Below, one piece after another: positions 53,739-64,000 of a stretch of DNA of 64,000 bases. Both the position numbers and the translations under genes were made by a program. Numbering within the stretch: position 1 is the stretch's first letter; each line of letters starts with the position of its first letter. Under the pieces are notes generated by a model, which was given only the letters and a program-made list of their open reading frames with translations, made no database searches and was not told where the DNA came from. Origin of the DNA: an uncultured delta proteobacterium (GTDB lineage: Bacteria; Desulfobacterota; Desulfuromonadia; Desulfuromonadales; JACZKF01); the NCBI GenBank assembly GCA_963816395.1, contig CAWFKQ010000006.1, positions 32,001 through 96,000 on the forward strand. The letters are read 5' to 3'.

Positions 53739-54735
53739 CTAGTCAACTTTCATCGAATAGATTCTGCTGCCGGAGTGGTCCACGAAGGCCGTGACCGTCC
53801 GTTTGCCGCCGCCGGCGCCTTCCTTGGTTCCGCTGTCGCCGACCTGACCGGTGGCGATGATCAGGAAGGTGGAGCTTTTCACCGTCACATGCACCAGCTG
53901 CATGGCTTTCAGGGCCATGTAGGTGGGGTTCTGCACCCCGAGCAGCTGCCCGAGATCGTTGATGCTCTCGAACGGCTGATCCTGGCGGTAGTTTACCAGC
54001 TTCTCCACATCGGTCGGATCCACCTGCGGATCGAGGGACTTCAGCACCTCGGGAGAGGCGGTGTTGATGTTGACGCTGGCGTCGCCGTGCACGGTCAGGT
54101 ATCTGGCCACCTTGCTGTAGATCTCGGGGGTGAAGCCGCGGATCATGAGCAGCTCGTCCAGGCTGTCCAGGGGACCGTTCTTGACCGGATAGGGATGATC
54201 CAGCCGCTCGTAGTATTCGCTCTCGGCGCCGCTGCCGTTGAAGGTGCCGCTGCCGGCGCCGGGCCTGGTGATGGTGTCGTCGGTGTCGATCCAGTCGATC
54301 AGGGCGGCCACCAGGTCATCCGGGGAGGTGTTGAGATCCAGGCTGTTGAACAGCCGGACCAGCGCGTCGCGCATGACCGGATTGACGTTCACTCCCTGGG
54401 TGACCAGGCTGTTGACGTCCAGGCGGCTCTGCATGTCCTCGATGCGGATCGAAACCGTCCCGTCTTCCCCCACCGGAAAGGCCGGAACGCCCTGCCCCCA
54501 CAGCTCGCTCGGATGATCGTAGCCCGGATGCTGGTCCATCTTCAGGATCATCCGCCCCGCGTCGATCCCCCCCTTTGGCCAGGTACCAGGCCTGGGTGCT
54601 GTCGCGGAAGGTCTCGGTGAGCCGCAGGTCGACCAGGGTGGAAAAGGCGAATTCGGTCAGCAGGGAGGCGAGCAGGGCGACGATGACCAGCACCAGCAGC
54701 AGCACCATCCCTTTTTCATTCCGAGCCGGGCTCAT
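53739..54735 (-). CDS. gspK: Type II secretion minor pseudopilin K (frameshift near 54565)
   Basis: KG|MVLLLVL, ALIDWID.D, VNINTA. Confidence 0.88.
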
Positions 54736-55379
54736 GAGCCGCCCGGGATGGTGAGGGTCGGCAGCTGGCCGCCGCCGGGGATGTCGTAGGCGGTGCGGAA
54801 CACCACCTGCTTTCCTTCCACCGGCAGGGAAAGGGTCACCTCCACCAGCTCGGGCAGGCCGCCGTCGGTGCGGGCGTTCCATTCCTCCACCCATTGGCCT
54901 TTGCGGTAAAAACGCACCTTCATTTCGCCGATCCCGTCGGCCAGCCGGTACCCCTCGCGCTTTTCCCCTTCCGGGTCGAAGTAGGAATACTCGTTGCGCA
55001 TCAGCACCCGGGTGTCTGCCCCCTTGTCGGCCTCCGGGTCGCGGCGCAGCTCGTAGCGGATTCTCGAAATCCCCCCTTGCCGGCCGCCGTAAGGGGTGCC
55101 GGCGGTGGTGGTCAGCTCCAGGTACGGATCCTTGTCGAGGGTGGTCGCCCCGCCGAGGAAAAGGGTGTCCTTTTTCGCCTGGTCGAAATAGGTCCCCCGC
55201 AGCTCCCGGCCGATGCGGTCGAAGAGGACCCGGGCCTGGTGATATCCCTCGCTTTCGGCTTCCAGCCGCTCCTTGGCGGCGCTGACCGAATTGAAGACCC
55301 CGTAGACGGTGGTGAGCAGGAGGGCGACCAGGGCCACCGCCACCAGGATCTCCACCAGAGTGAAACCTTTTTCGCGCAT
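54732..55379 (-). CDS. gspJ: Type II secretion minor pseudopilin J
   Basis: G|FTLVEILVA, EEWN...LPELVEV. Confidence 0.88.
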   Translation of the reverse strand: MREKGFTLVEILVAVALVALLLTTVYGVFNSVSAAKERLEAESEGYHQARVLFDRIGRELRGTYFDQAKKDTLFLGGATTLDKDPYLELTTTAGTPYGGRQGGISRIRYELRRDPEADKGADTRVLMRNEYSYFDPEGEKREGYRLADGIGEMKVRFYRKGQWVEEWNARTDGGLPELVEVTLSLPVEGKQVVFRTAYDIPGGGQLPTLTIPGGS

Positions 55380-55381
55380 GG

Positions 55382-55847
55382 TCAGTGGAATACGAAAGAG
55401 TTGAGTTCGACCATCTCGTTTTTCTTCTCGTCCCCCCAGGCGACGGTGACCGTCACGATTTTCAGCTGCGGCAACGGGCTGTCCTCGAAACGCACCCGCC
55501 AGCGATACTCTTCGAAAGGTTCCTCGAAAGGCTTTTCCTCCGCCGCGCTGAAAGCGAAGCCGGGCTGAGACGCCTCGCTCTCGATCTCGCTCAGCCGCTG
55601 CTGCGCCAGCAGGGTGGCCTGGGTGATCTTCTGCAGCCGCTGGTTGATCGCGATGCTGCGGTTGCTCAGGCCGAGCAGGACGACCAGGGCGATGGCGACG
55701 ATCGCCAGGGCGATCATGACTTCCAGCAGGGTGAAGCCCTGCTGGCGGGACGCGGAGCGCGGATTGCGGAACGCGGAAAAGGGCTTGGAAACGCTTTTCC
55801 CGCGTCCCGCGTCCCTCGTCCCTCGTCCCTTTGCCAGTCTGTTTCAT
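55382..55847 (-). CDS. gspI: Type II secretion minor pseudopilin I; leader contains heptamer repeats and is one base out of frame
   Basis: G|FTLLEVMIALAI, VTVTVAW; ATGA overlap with the gspH stop. Confidence 0.85.
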
Positions 55848-56371
55848 TTCTGCGCTTCGAATTCCCGGTACCCCTGGTAGATCTTGGTGGCGCCGGTAAA
55901 AGGCATCAGCCGCAGGGTCAACACCCGGTCGCCGCCATCGTCGAGATGGATCACCGTCTCATCCAGCCAGCCGACCGGATGAATATCGGCGGTCACCTCG
56001 CCGGAAGTGGATTTGCCCTTGCCCACCACCTCCACGTCGCGGAAGCGGACCGCCTTCTTCAGATGCTGCTGCCGCCCGGTGCCGGTGACCTCGACCAACT
56101 CGCCGTTTTCCTCCTGCCGCTTGGCCGCGAAGGTTTCCTCATCCAGGTCAAAGACCAGCCGGTAAGGACGGCCGGTGAGGGCGGACTCGTTGTAGAGGTA
56201 TTTGACCGTGCCGGCCAGCCGGCGGGCCGAGGCATCGAGGCCATCCTCGCCGATGCCGGTCAGCATCGGCAGCGTCAGGGCCGAGAAGAGGCCGATCAGC
56301 AGGAGAACGACTGCCAGTTCGATGAGGGTGAAGCCGGAGTTACTGGATTTCCCAGCTGTTGATATCGGCAT
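55844..56371 (-). CDS. gspH: Type II secretion minor pseudopilin H
   Basis: G|FTLIELAVV; start overlaps the gspG 3' end. Confidence 0.82.
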   Translation of the reverse strand: MPISTAGKSSNSGFTLIELAVVLLLIGLFSALTLPMLTGIGEDGLDASARRLAGTVKYLYNESALTGRPYRLVFDLDEETFAAKRQEENGELVEVTGTGRQQHLKKAVRFRDVEVVGKGKSTSGEVTADIHPVGWLDETVIHLDDGGDRVLTLRLMPFTGATKIYQGYREFEAQK

Positions 56372-56795
56372 TATTCCCATCGCCGCCCGGCTCGCCGTCG
56401 GCTCCCAACGAAGAGATGTCCACATCCCCCTGGCTGCCGGGGGAGAGAAAGACATACTCGCTCCCCCAGGGGTCTACCGGCAGCCGTTTCAGGTAACCGC
56501 CGTCCCGGTAGCGGGCCGGGATGCGGCCGATTTCCGGTTTGCTGACCAGGGACTGCAGACCCTGATCGGTGGTGGGATAAAAGCCGTTGTCCAGCTTGTA
56601 CATGGCCAGCGCCTGTTCGATCCCTTTGATGTCGACGGCGGCCTTGGTGCGTTTGGCCTCCTCCGGGCGATCGAGGATGCGCGGCACCACGACGGCCGCC
56701 AGAATCCCCAGAATGACCACCACGACCATGAGCTCGATGAGGGTGAAGCCCCGCTGGCTGCGCAGGAGAGATTGACGCTCGGTTTTCATTGTCAC
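56340..56795 (-). CDS. gspG: Type II secretion major pseudopilin G
   Basis: G|FTLIELMVV, YKLDNG.YP, DPWG, SLGADG..GG. Confidence 0.95.
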   Translation of the reverse strand: MTMKTERQSLLRSQRGFTLIELMVVVVILGILAAVVVPRILDRPEEAKRTKAAVDIKGIEQALAMYKLDNGFYPTTDQGLQSLVSKPEIGRIPARYRDGGYLKRLPVDPWGSEYVFLSPGSQGDVDISSLGADGEPGGDGNNADINSWEIQ

Positions 56796-56834
56796 TCCTT
56801 GTTGTCTCCAATCGATAGTTCTTTTCCAAGTTAC

Positions 56835-56887
56835 AAGGCTTGAGGCCCAAGGGGGTGCCTGCTAGCCTCTAGCCTCTTAGCCTGCCT
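56835..56887. repeat. Heptamer repeat tract between gspF and gspG
   Basis: aggcttg aggccca ... ctagcct ctagcct cttagcct. Confidence 0.7.
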
Positions 56888-58104
56888 TTATCCCACCCCC
56901 TGGCTGGCCTGGAAAATCGGCAGCAGGATGGAGAGGACGATGAAGCCGACGACGCCGCCCATGAACAGTATCATGAACGGTTCGAGCAGGGAAAGCATGC
57001 CGGTGATGGCCAGATCCACCTGGTGGTCGTAGGCATCCGCTACCCGGAACAGCATCTCTTCCAGCTCGCCGCTGCGCTCGCCGACCGCCGCCATCTGCGC
57101 CACCATCGGCGGGAAAGACTCCCGAGCGGCGGATCGGAGCGGCCAGGCCCTCCCCTTCCCGGACGGCGACCGCCGTATCCTCCAGGGCCTGCCGCAGCAC
57201 CCGGTTCTGCATCAGGTTGCAGACGATCTCCAGCGATTTCAGCAGAGGCACCCCGCTGTGCTGCAGGGTCGCCAGGGTGCGGGTGAAGCGGGAGGTGGCG
57301 AGCAGCAGGTTGAGGCGGCCGAAGAGCGGCATGGTGAGCGCCAGCCGGTCCAGCCGCAGGCGGCCGTCCTCGGTGCGGGCATAGCGGCGCACGGCGACCA
57401 GCCGCCGCCAGCAGCAGCAGGAGCAGCAGCCACCACCAGGCGCTGAAAAAATCGCTGGTGCGGATCAGCATCAGGGTCGGCAGGGGCAGGGTTTGCCCCA
57501 GATCCTGGATCATCCGGACGACCTTCGGCACGACGAAGGCGAAGAGGAAAAAGAGCACGCCCGTGCCGATCACCCCCATCAGCAGCGGATAGGCCATGGC
57601 GGCCTGGATGCGGCTTTTCATCCGCGCCTGCGCTTCGAGGAAATCGGCGAGGCGCTGCAGGACCTTGTCGAGGGTGCCGCTGCTCTCCCCGACCTGCACC
57701 ATGTTCACATACAGCACCGGGAAGATGCGCGGATGCCGGCCGAGGGCCGCATGCAGGGACTCTCCCTGGACGATCTCCTCGCGCACGGCGTTGAAGGTGC
57801 GGGCGAGCTGATCATGCTCCAGCTGACTGCCGATGGTGGCCAGGGCTTCATCCAGCGGCAGGCCGGCGCCGAGCAGGGTAGCCAGCTGGCGGGTGGCGGC
57901 GGCCAGTTCGGTGGACGGCACCCGCCGCGCCAGGCGCAGGCGGGCGAAGGCCGGGGCGGCGGCGGCGCTTTCCTCCTGCAGGGTGGTGGGATAGATCCCC
58001 TGGCCGCGCAGCTTCTGCAGCACGGCCCGGCGGCCGCTCGCCTCGACCGTCCCCGAAAGCTTTTTGCCGGCGGCGTTGAAGCCGGAATACTCAAAGATCG
58101 GCAA
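56888..58104 (-). CDS. gspF: Type II secretion inner-membrane protein F (frameshifts near 57400 and 57110)
   Basis: RQLATLL.AG.PL, GESSGTL, AMAYP, LEPFMI, ILLPIF. Confidence 0.92.
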
Positions 58105-58105
58105 C

Positions 58106-59803
58106 TCAGACCTCCTCCTGGGTCACCCGCAGTACCTCCTCGATGGAGGTCTCGCCGGCCAGGGCCAGGGCCAGTCCCGAATCGCGCAGGGTCTTCATCC
58201 CCTTTTTCACGGCGGCGGATTTGATGCTGCCGGCATCCTTGTTCTGCAGCAGCAGGTCGCGCACCTGTTCATCCACCGGCAGCAGTTCGTAAATCCCGGT
58301 ACGGCCGCGGTAGCCGATCCCCAGGCACTGCGGGCAGCCGGCGCCGCGGTAGAAGGCGGCATCGGCGGGGACGACTCCGGCCAGCCCCATCTCGCGGATC
58401 GTCTCCGGGCTCGGGCGGTAGGCTTCCCGGCAGTTCGGGCAGATCTGGCGCACCAGGCGCTGGGCGAGGATGCCGACGATGGAGGAGGCGGCGAGGAACG
58501 GCTCCACCCCCATCTCCACCAGGCGGGTCAGGGCGCCGGCGGCATCGTTGGTATGCAGGGTGGAGAAGACCATGTGACCGGTGAGGGCCGACTGCACGGC
58601 GATCTCCGCCGTCTCCCCGTCGCGGATCTCGCCGACCATGATGATGTCCGGGTCCTGGCGCAGGATGGAGCGCAGCCCGGCGGCGAAGGTCAGGTTGATC
58701 TTCGAATTGACCTGGATCTGCCCTACTCCGGAGAGCTGGTATTCGATCGGGTCCTCGACGGTGATGATGTTCTTCTCCCGGCTGTTGAGGCGGGTCAGGG
58801 CCGCATAGAGGGTGGTGGTCTTGCCCGAGCCGGTGGGGCCGGTGACCAGGAAGATGCCGTGGCTCTTGCCGATCATCTGGCTGACCAGACGCAGCATCTC
58901 CGGGTTCATCCCCACGTCTTCCAGGGAGAGGACGCTGGAGGCCTTGTCGAGCAGTCGCATCACCACCCGCTCGCCGAAAGCGGTGGGAAGGGTGGAGACG
59001 CGCACATCGACGTCTTTGCCGGCGATGCGCACCCGGAAGCGGCCGTCCTGCGGCAGCCGCTTCTCGGCGATATTCAGGTTGGCCATGATCTTGATGCGCG
59101 AAGTGATGCTCGCCTGCGCTTTTGCCGGCGGCCGCAGAACCTCATAGAGGATGCCGTCGATGCGGTAGCGGGCGATCAGCTCCGACTCGAACGGTTCGAT
59201 ATGAATGTCGCTGGCCCGCTGCTTGTAGGCCTGGGTGATCAGACTGTTGACGAAGCGGATGATCGGCGCTTCGTCGGCGGCGTCGATCAGGTCGGCCGGC
59301 TCCAGGCTGCTGGCGAGTGGGTCGCCGCCGGCCTCGATGTCCTCGACGAAATCCTCGGTTTGGCCGGCCTGCCGTTCATAGCTGCGGTTGATGGCCCGCA
59401 GGATCTCCTCGGGGGTGGCCACGGCGATATCGAGACGGGTGCGGGTGAGGGCGGCCAGGTCATTGAGCGGCCGGGTATCGAGGGGATCGGAAACCGCCAC
59501 CTGGATCCGCCCGTCGCTGCGGGCGATGGGGAAGATGCGGTATTCCTTGGCAAAGGAAATGGGGATAAGCTCGAGCAGTTCCCCGTTCGCCGCCTCGTCC
59601 GGGATGATCTGCAGGTATTGCAGCCCCTGCTGGTCCGCCAGGGCGCTGGCCAGCATGTCGGGGGTGATGGCCTTCATGCCCAGCAGGATCTCCCCCAGCA
59701 GCCTGCCGCTCGTTTCCTGGTTCTGCAGGGCCTCCTCGAGTTTGGCGTCGGCGAGGCCGTGGCCGGTCTGGAGGATTTCCCCCAGCAGTCTGCGTTCGGT
59801 CAT
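58106..59803 (-). CDS. gspE: Type II secretion ATPase E
   Basis: ASDIHIEP, GPTGSGKTTTLY, LRQDPD, CxxC...CxxC; N-terminal LLGEILL repeats. Confidence 0.95.
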   Translation of the reverse strand: MTERRLLGEILQTGHGLADAKLEEALQNQETSGRLLGEILLGMKAITPDMLASALADQQGLQYLQIIPDEAANGELLELIPISFAKEYRIFPIARSDGRIQVAVSDPLDTRPLNDLAALTRTRLDIAVATPEEILRAINRSYERQAGQTEDFVEDIEAGGDPLASSLEPADLIDAADEAPIIRFVNSLITQAYKQRASDIHIEPFESELIARYRIDGILYEVLRPPAKAQASITSRIKIMANLNIAEKRLPQDGRFRVRIAGKDVDVRVSTLPTAFGERVVMRLLDKASSVLSLEDVGMNPEMLRLVSQMIGKSHGIFLVTGPTGSGKTTTLYAALTRLNSREKNIITVEDPIEYQLSGVGQIQVNSKINLTFAAGLRSILRQDPDIIMVGEIRDGETAEIAVQSALTGHMVFSTLHTNDAAGALTRLVEMGVEPFLAASSIVGILAQRLVRQICPNCREAYRPSPETIREMGLAGVVPADAAFYRGAGCPQCLGIGYRGRTGIYELLPVDEQVRDLLLQNKDAGSIKSAAVKKGMKTLRDSGLALALAGETSIEEVLRVTQEEV

Positions 59804-59809
59804 GCGCTC

Positions 59810-61992
59810 CTATTTCTCCACGGCCGGCTGCTCCGGGGTCTCTTCCGGGGGGGTAACGCCCGGTACTAGCAGCGGTCTTGGTTGCTCTATGTTGGTCTGC
59901 GGGACGTAAAGGCCCTTTTTGAACTGTTCCATATCGGCGCGGCTGCGGTTGGTGACCGTCGCCAGATCACCGGGACTGCGCACAACCCGCGGGGTGATGA
60001 AGACCAGCAGGTTGGTCTTGCGGTTGGTGGTGCTCGTGTGCTTGAACAGCCAGCCGAGAACCGGGATATCGCCCAGCAGCGGCACCTTGGAGACGCTCTC
60101 CTGCTGGTTGTTGCTGATCAGGCCGCCGAGCACGACCGTCCTGCCGTTCTCGGCGAGGACGGTGTTGCGGATCGAGCGCTTGGTCAGGGTCGGGCCGACC
60201 TGGTTGACATCGCCGACGCTGGTTGGTGGCGATATCGGTGATCTCCTGCAGGACGTTCAGCCGCACCAGGTTCCCCTCGGTGATCTGGGGGGTGAAGCGC
60301 AGGGTCAGGGCGACGTCCTGGCGCTCGACGGTGACGCTCTGGGCCAGGCCGGTCGAGGCGCCGGTGTCGGTGAGGCGCTGGGTGATGATCGGCACGTTCT
60401 GACCGACGATGATCTCCGCCTCCTCATTGTCCGAGGTCAGCAGGCGCGGGGCGGAGAGGATGTTGACGTCCGAATCGGTCTTGGAGATATCGATCAGGGC
60501 CGAGAGGGCCGGGACGGTGATTTCCTTGCCGTCCGGACCGGTGACGGTGATCGGGTTGAAGATGCCGCCGAGCAGGATGCCGTTGAGCGTCTGGGTCAGC
60601 AGGCTGGGGACGGAGGACTCGCCGGACGGGGCGAGACTGGTCAGCCCGGCCTGCGTCTGGTTCAGGTTGCTGGTGCCGATGACGGCCCCGTCGGAACCGA
60701 CGCTGAGCGCTCCCTGCAGGGAGGCGCCGAGCCTTTTGGTGGCGTCCATGGACAGCTCGAGGATCAGCGCCTCGACGAACACCTGCTTGCCGTTTGACGT
60801 CAAGCTGGGCGATGATCCCCTTGATGGTGTCGTAATCCTCCGGCGTGGAGTTGACGATTAGGGAATTGGTCGGCTTGTCGGCGGTGATGGCCACCGACCC
60901 CAGTGCCTGCGGCTGCTGCCCGGCCGCCGCCGGTGTTCTGGCCGGAGCCGGCTGCCCCGGACGGGTGGCGGCGCCGCGTGGCTGGGCCTTGATGCCGGTA
61001 ACGATCTGGTTGAGGGTGGTGGCCAGCGTCTCGGCGTCGGCGTTCTCCAGGTAGTAGACGTAGATGCCGGCGTGCTCCTGGGCCGGTTTCTTGTCGAGTT
61101 CCGCGACCAGGTGCCGGATCAGGTTCATATCTTCGGCAGTGGCCAGCACCACCACCGTGTTCGTGCGGGGGTAGGGAAGGACTTTGCTGGTTTCCGGCTG
61201 TCCCCCGGCGGTCTGCACATTGCGGGTCGCGCGCCGGCGCACCGGTGCAGCTGGCGTCCCCTGGGTAAGGATCTGGTTGAGCAGCGTCGCCAGTTCGGTG
61301 GCATCGGCGTACTGCAGGGGAATGATTTCCATCAGGTCCGGGCCGTTGGAAACGTCCAGTTCCTTGATGATCTTCACCAGGCGGTCGATATTGGAGGCGT
61401 TATCGGTGATGATCAGGGTATTGGCCGGCGGATAGGCGACGATGCTGCTGGTCTTCGATACCAACGGCGCGATGGTGGTCGCAACCGTCGCGGCATCGGT
61501 GTTCACCAGGGGAATCAGGCGGGTGATGTATTCTTCCGCCGGGTGCGGCAGCGCCTTGGTGAAGGTCGGCAGATTGCTTTCTTTCGCGTCCCGGACGGGG
61601 ATGACCTTGTTCACCTTGCCGGAGGGAACCACGGTATATCCCTTGACGGCGAGCACAGTGAGGAAGACATTATAGGCCTGGTCGAGACTCATCGGCTCGG
61701 GGGAGATGACGGTCGCCTTGCCCCTGACCGTTTCATCGTAGATGAAATTTTTTCCGGTCAGTTCGCTGATGGTTTGGATCAGATCAGTCAGCTCAATATC
61801 CTTGAAATTGAGTGATACCTTGCCGCCCTTGGGCAACTTGGCCGGTCTGGCCTCGACCGGTTTTGTCGGCGGCTTTTCCGCCTCTGGTGCCGATGGTGGT
61901 GCTGGGGCCGTCGGTTGCTGAGCGAAACCGGGGCCGGCAATGAACAGGCTCAGACAGACCAGGAGCCATACGCCAGGGAATTTTCCGCACAC
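59810..61992 (-). CDS. gspD: Type II secretion secretin D (frameshifts near 60790 and 60225)
   Basis: LNFKDIEL, QVFVEALILE, KVPLLGDIP.LG.LF, LLVFITP. Confidence 0.93.
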
Positions 61993-62004
61993 AGGAGAGT
62001 CCTC

Positions 62005-62910
62005 CTAATTGATTTCATACTCAAAACTGAAACTGCTGCCGTTGCGCAGCAGGCCGATCGAAATATTTTTTGCTTCCCGCAATTGCTGGAAGACCTGCAG
62101 GGCCTTCTCGGGGCTGTCGAGCGCTACTCCGTTGATCTGCATGAGAACATCTCCCCGCTGAATGCCGAGGCCGGCCAGCAGGGAACGCGGCTGTATCATC
62201 CGTACGACGAAGCCCTCGGTCTTGCCGTTGACGATGTTCGGCTCCACCCGGGCCTGCTTGAGCAGCTCATTGATGTTGCCGCGCGCCTCTTCCGCCACTG
62301 ACTGCGGAATAACCCAGCGGTTCTCGCCGACCGGCCGGATTTCCCCGGCGACCGGGTTGCCGGCGGGCGCCGCGGGCGCGGCGGGCGACCTCGCGGCGGC
62401 CCGTTTGTCCGGCGGGGCGGGCTCGGCAAAAAGGGAGAGCACCTGCAGCGACCCGTCGGGGCCGCGGATCTGCACCGACAGCCGGCTGATCTCCTCGAGT
62501 TGGCCGCCGCCTGGGACCTTGTCCCCCAGTCGATAGGTTTTCACCTCCTGGCCCGATTTGATGACGGCCAATGATCCTGGTCCCCGGGTGACGGTACCGA
62601 ACAGGGTCAGATCGGTGCGGACCACCGGTGTCGCCGCTGCTGTCGCTGCGCTGCCTTCCTCGGCGGTCAATGAGGCTGTCTGGCGAGCGGTGGAATCGAA
62701 GATGTTGCGCTCGAGGACCACCTGGAAATCGACCAGAGCGGAAGGCTTGGCCGCCTCCGGGCGTTCGCGGTCCAGGCCGCCGGCGGGCAGGATGGGGGGG
62801 CTGAGATAGATCCCGAGGGCGGTGGCGGCCAGGTGTCCCAGGGCAACGCCAAGCAATAGGGGGAGCAGAAGGTAAAACCCCCGGTAGTGTTTCTGAAGAA
62901 AGGAAGACAT
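62005..62910 (-). CDS. gspC: Type II secretion protein C with PDZ domain
   Basis: TM, RNIF, LTLFGT, GIQRGDVL..ING. Confidence 0.88.
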   Translation of the reverse strand: MSSFLQKHYRGFYLLLPLLLGVALGHLAATALGIYLSPPILPAGGLDRERPEAAKPSALVDFQVVLERNIFDSTARQTASLTAEEGSAATAAATPVVRTDLTLFGTVTRGPGSLAVIKSGQEVKTYRLGDKVPGGGQLEEISRLSVQIRGPDGSLQVLSLFAEPAPPDKRAAARSPAAPAAPAGNPVAGEIRPVGENRWVIPQSVAEEARGNINELLKQARVEPNIVNGKTEGFVVRMIQPRSLLAGLGIQRGDVLMQINGVALDSPEKALQVFQQLREAKNISIGLLRNGSSFSFEYEIN

Positions 62911-62958
62911 CGGATTCTCGGCGGAAGGTACCGACTGTCGGTAAACGACAGTTGGAAA

Positions 62959-62987
62959 ATGTTACCTGAACTTAATGCCTTTGTCAA
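62959..62987 (-). promoter_or_regulatory. Sigma70-type promoter of the gsp operon
   Basis: TTGACA-N17-TAACAT. Confidence 0.6.
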
Positions 62988-63217
62988 AAGATGGAAAGGG
63001 CTAATTGCCAGTTTTTCCTGGCAAATGGAAGGTAATCCCGAAAGGCCGGCAAACCGGCATGACATGTTGGGATCGGAGTATAGCGCAGGGGGGGATCTTT
63101 ATGCAAGGGGGGGGCCTGGTGGGGGGGGCGGCCGCCTCGCGGAGTGAAGCTCTGCTTTGTATTTTCCCCCTCTTGTGAAATAATGGCGCCTTTGGAAAAA
63201 CCTCAGCGAGGCAGTTC

Positions 63218-64000
63218 ATGACCGCTCAACCCAAGCGCCTGTATCTCATCGACGGCTCCGGCTACATCTACCGGGCCTATTTCGCCATCCGCCATCTTTC
63301 CAACTCCAAGGGGCTGGCGACCAACGCCATCTATGGCTTCACCAACATGCTGCTCAAGGTGGTGCGGGAGGAAAAGCCCGATCATCTGGCGGTGATCTTC
63401 GATGCCAAGGGGCCTTCCTTTCGCAAAGAGATCTATCCCGCATACAAGGCCAACCGGGTGGCGATGCCGGACGACCTGGTGCCGCAGATTCCGCTGATCA
63501 AGGAGGTGGTGCGCGGTTTCCGCATGCCGGCCATCGAGCTGGCGGGCTACGAGGCGGACGATATCATCGCCACCCTGGCCCGCCGCTTCACCGCCGAAGG
63601 GATGGAGATCACCGTGGTCACCGGCGACAAGGACCTGATGCAGATCGTCGGCGAGCGGGTGCGCCTGTACGACACCATGCGCGAGAAGTTCTCCGGCCTG
63701 CCGGAGGTGGCGGAGCGCTTCGGCGGCCCGCCGGAGAAGGTGGCGGACGTGCTCGCCCTGGCCGGCGACACCTCGGACAACATTCCCGGGGTGCCGGGAA
63801 TCGGCGAGAAGACGGCGCGGGAGTTGATCGCCGAATTCGGCTCGCTGGAGGACCTGCTGGCCAATATCGACAAGGTGAAGGGGGCCAAACGGCAGGAGAA
63901 CCTGCGCACCTTCGCCGACCAGGCCCGGCTTTCGCGGCAACTGGTCCTGCTGCGCGAGGACCTCCCCCTGGAAGTCGACTATGACGACTTCGCCCTCTCG
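63218..64000 (+). CDS. polA: DNA polymerase I, 5'-3' exonuclease domain (partial)
   Basis: LYLIDGSGYIYRAYFA, YKANR, EADDII, GDKD, GDTSDNIPGVPGIGEKTA; frame open to the window end. Confidence 0.93.
   Translation, partial: MTAQPKRLYLIDGSGYIYRAYFAIRHLSNSKGLATNAIYGFTNMLLKVVREEKPDHLAVIFDAKGPSFRKEIYPAYKANRVAMPDDLVPQIPLIKEVVRGFRMPAIELAGYEADDIIATLARRFTAEGMEITVVTGDKDLMQIVGERVRLYDTMREKFSGLPEVAERFGGPPEKVADVLALAGDTSDNIPGVPGIGEKTARELIAEFGSLEDLLANIDKVKGAKRQENLRTFADQARLSRQLVLLREDLPLEVDYDDFALS

Noticed and set aside
54732..55847. Single 371-aa ORF spanning gspI and gspJ
   Set aside because: Artefact of the frame break in the gspI leader; two separate prepilin motifs are present

Overview
A GC-rich chromosomal segment, probably from a Desulfuromonas/Geobacter-like deltaproteobacterium (inferred from gene content, gene order and repeat types). 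It is mostly housekeeping and envelope genes: ABC exporters, amt, uup, a Gld-like ABC system, a liv transporter, sfsA, TPM-TPM-lemA, clpS-clpA-aat, a PilZ protein, an RlmL-like methyltransferase, rpsU, gap, malQ, a four-lipoprotein LpoB cluster, prfC, a sensor kinase, asnS, a LysR regulator, trpS, a GGDEF protein, lon, a type II secretion operon (gspC-N) and the start of polA. Roughly 30 single-base frameshifts hit even core genes, which points to long-read indel errors rather than real decay. I found no CRISPR array, tRNA, rRNA, integrase or transposase. The most interesting signals are missing from or misread in the ORF track: (1) a Trp-codon (KGWWR) leader-peptide attenuator upstream of trpS; (2) a candidate ~80-nt sRNA with its own promoter and an anti-Shine-Dalgarno loop; (3) a lower-GC cassette encoding a tetraether-synthase-like radical SAM enzyme plus a methyltransferase; (4) a cryptic rhodanese remnant in frame behind the UGA stop of the LysR gene; (5) heptamer-repeat tracts at gene junctions, one inside the GspI prepilin leader; (6) MITE-like elements; (7) a 58-aa Cys-motif protein.
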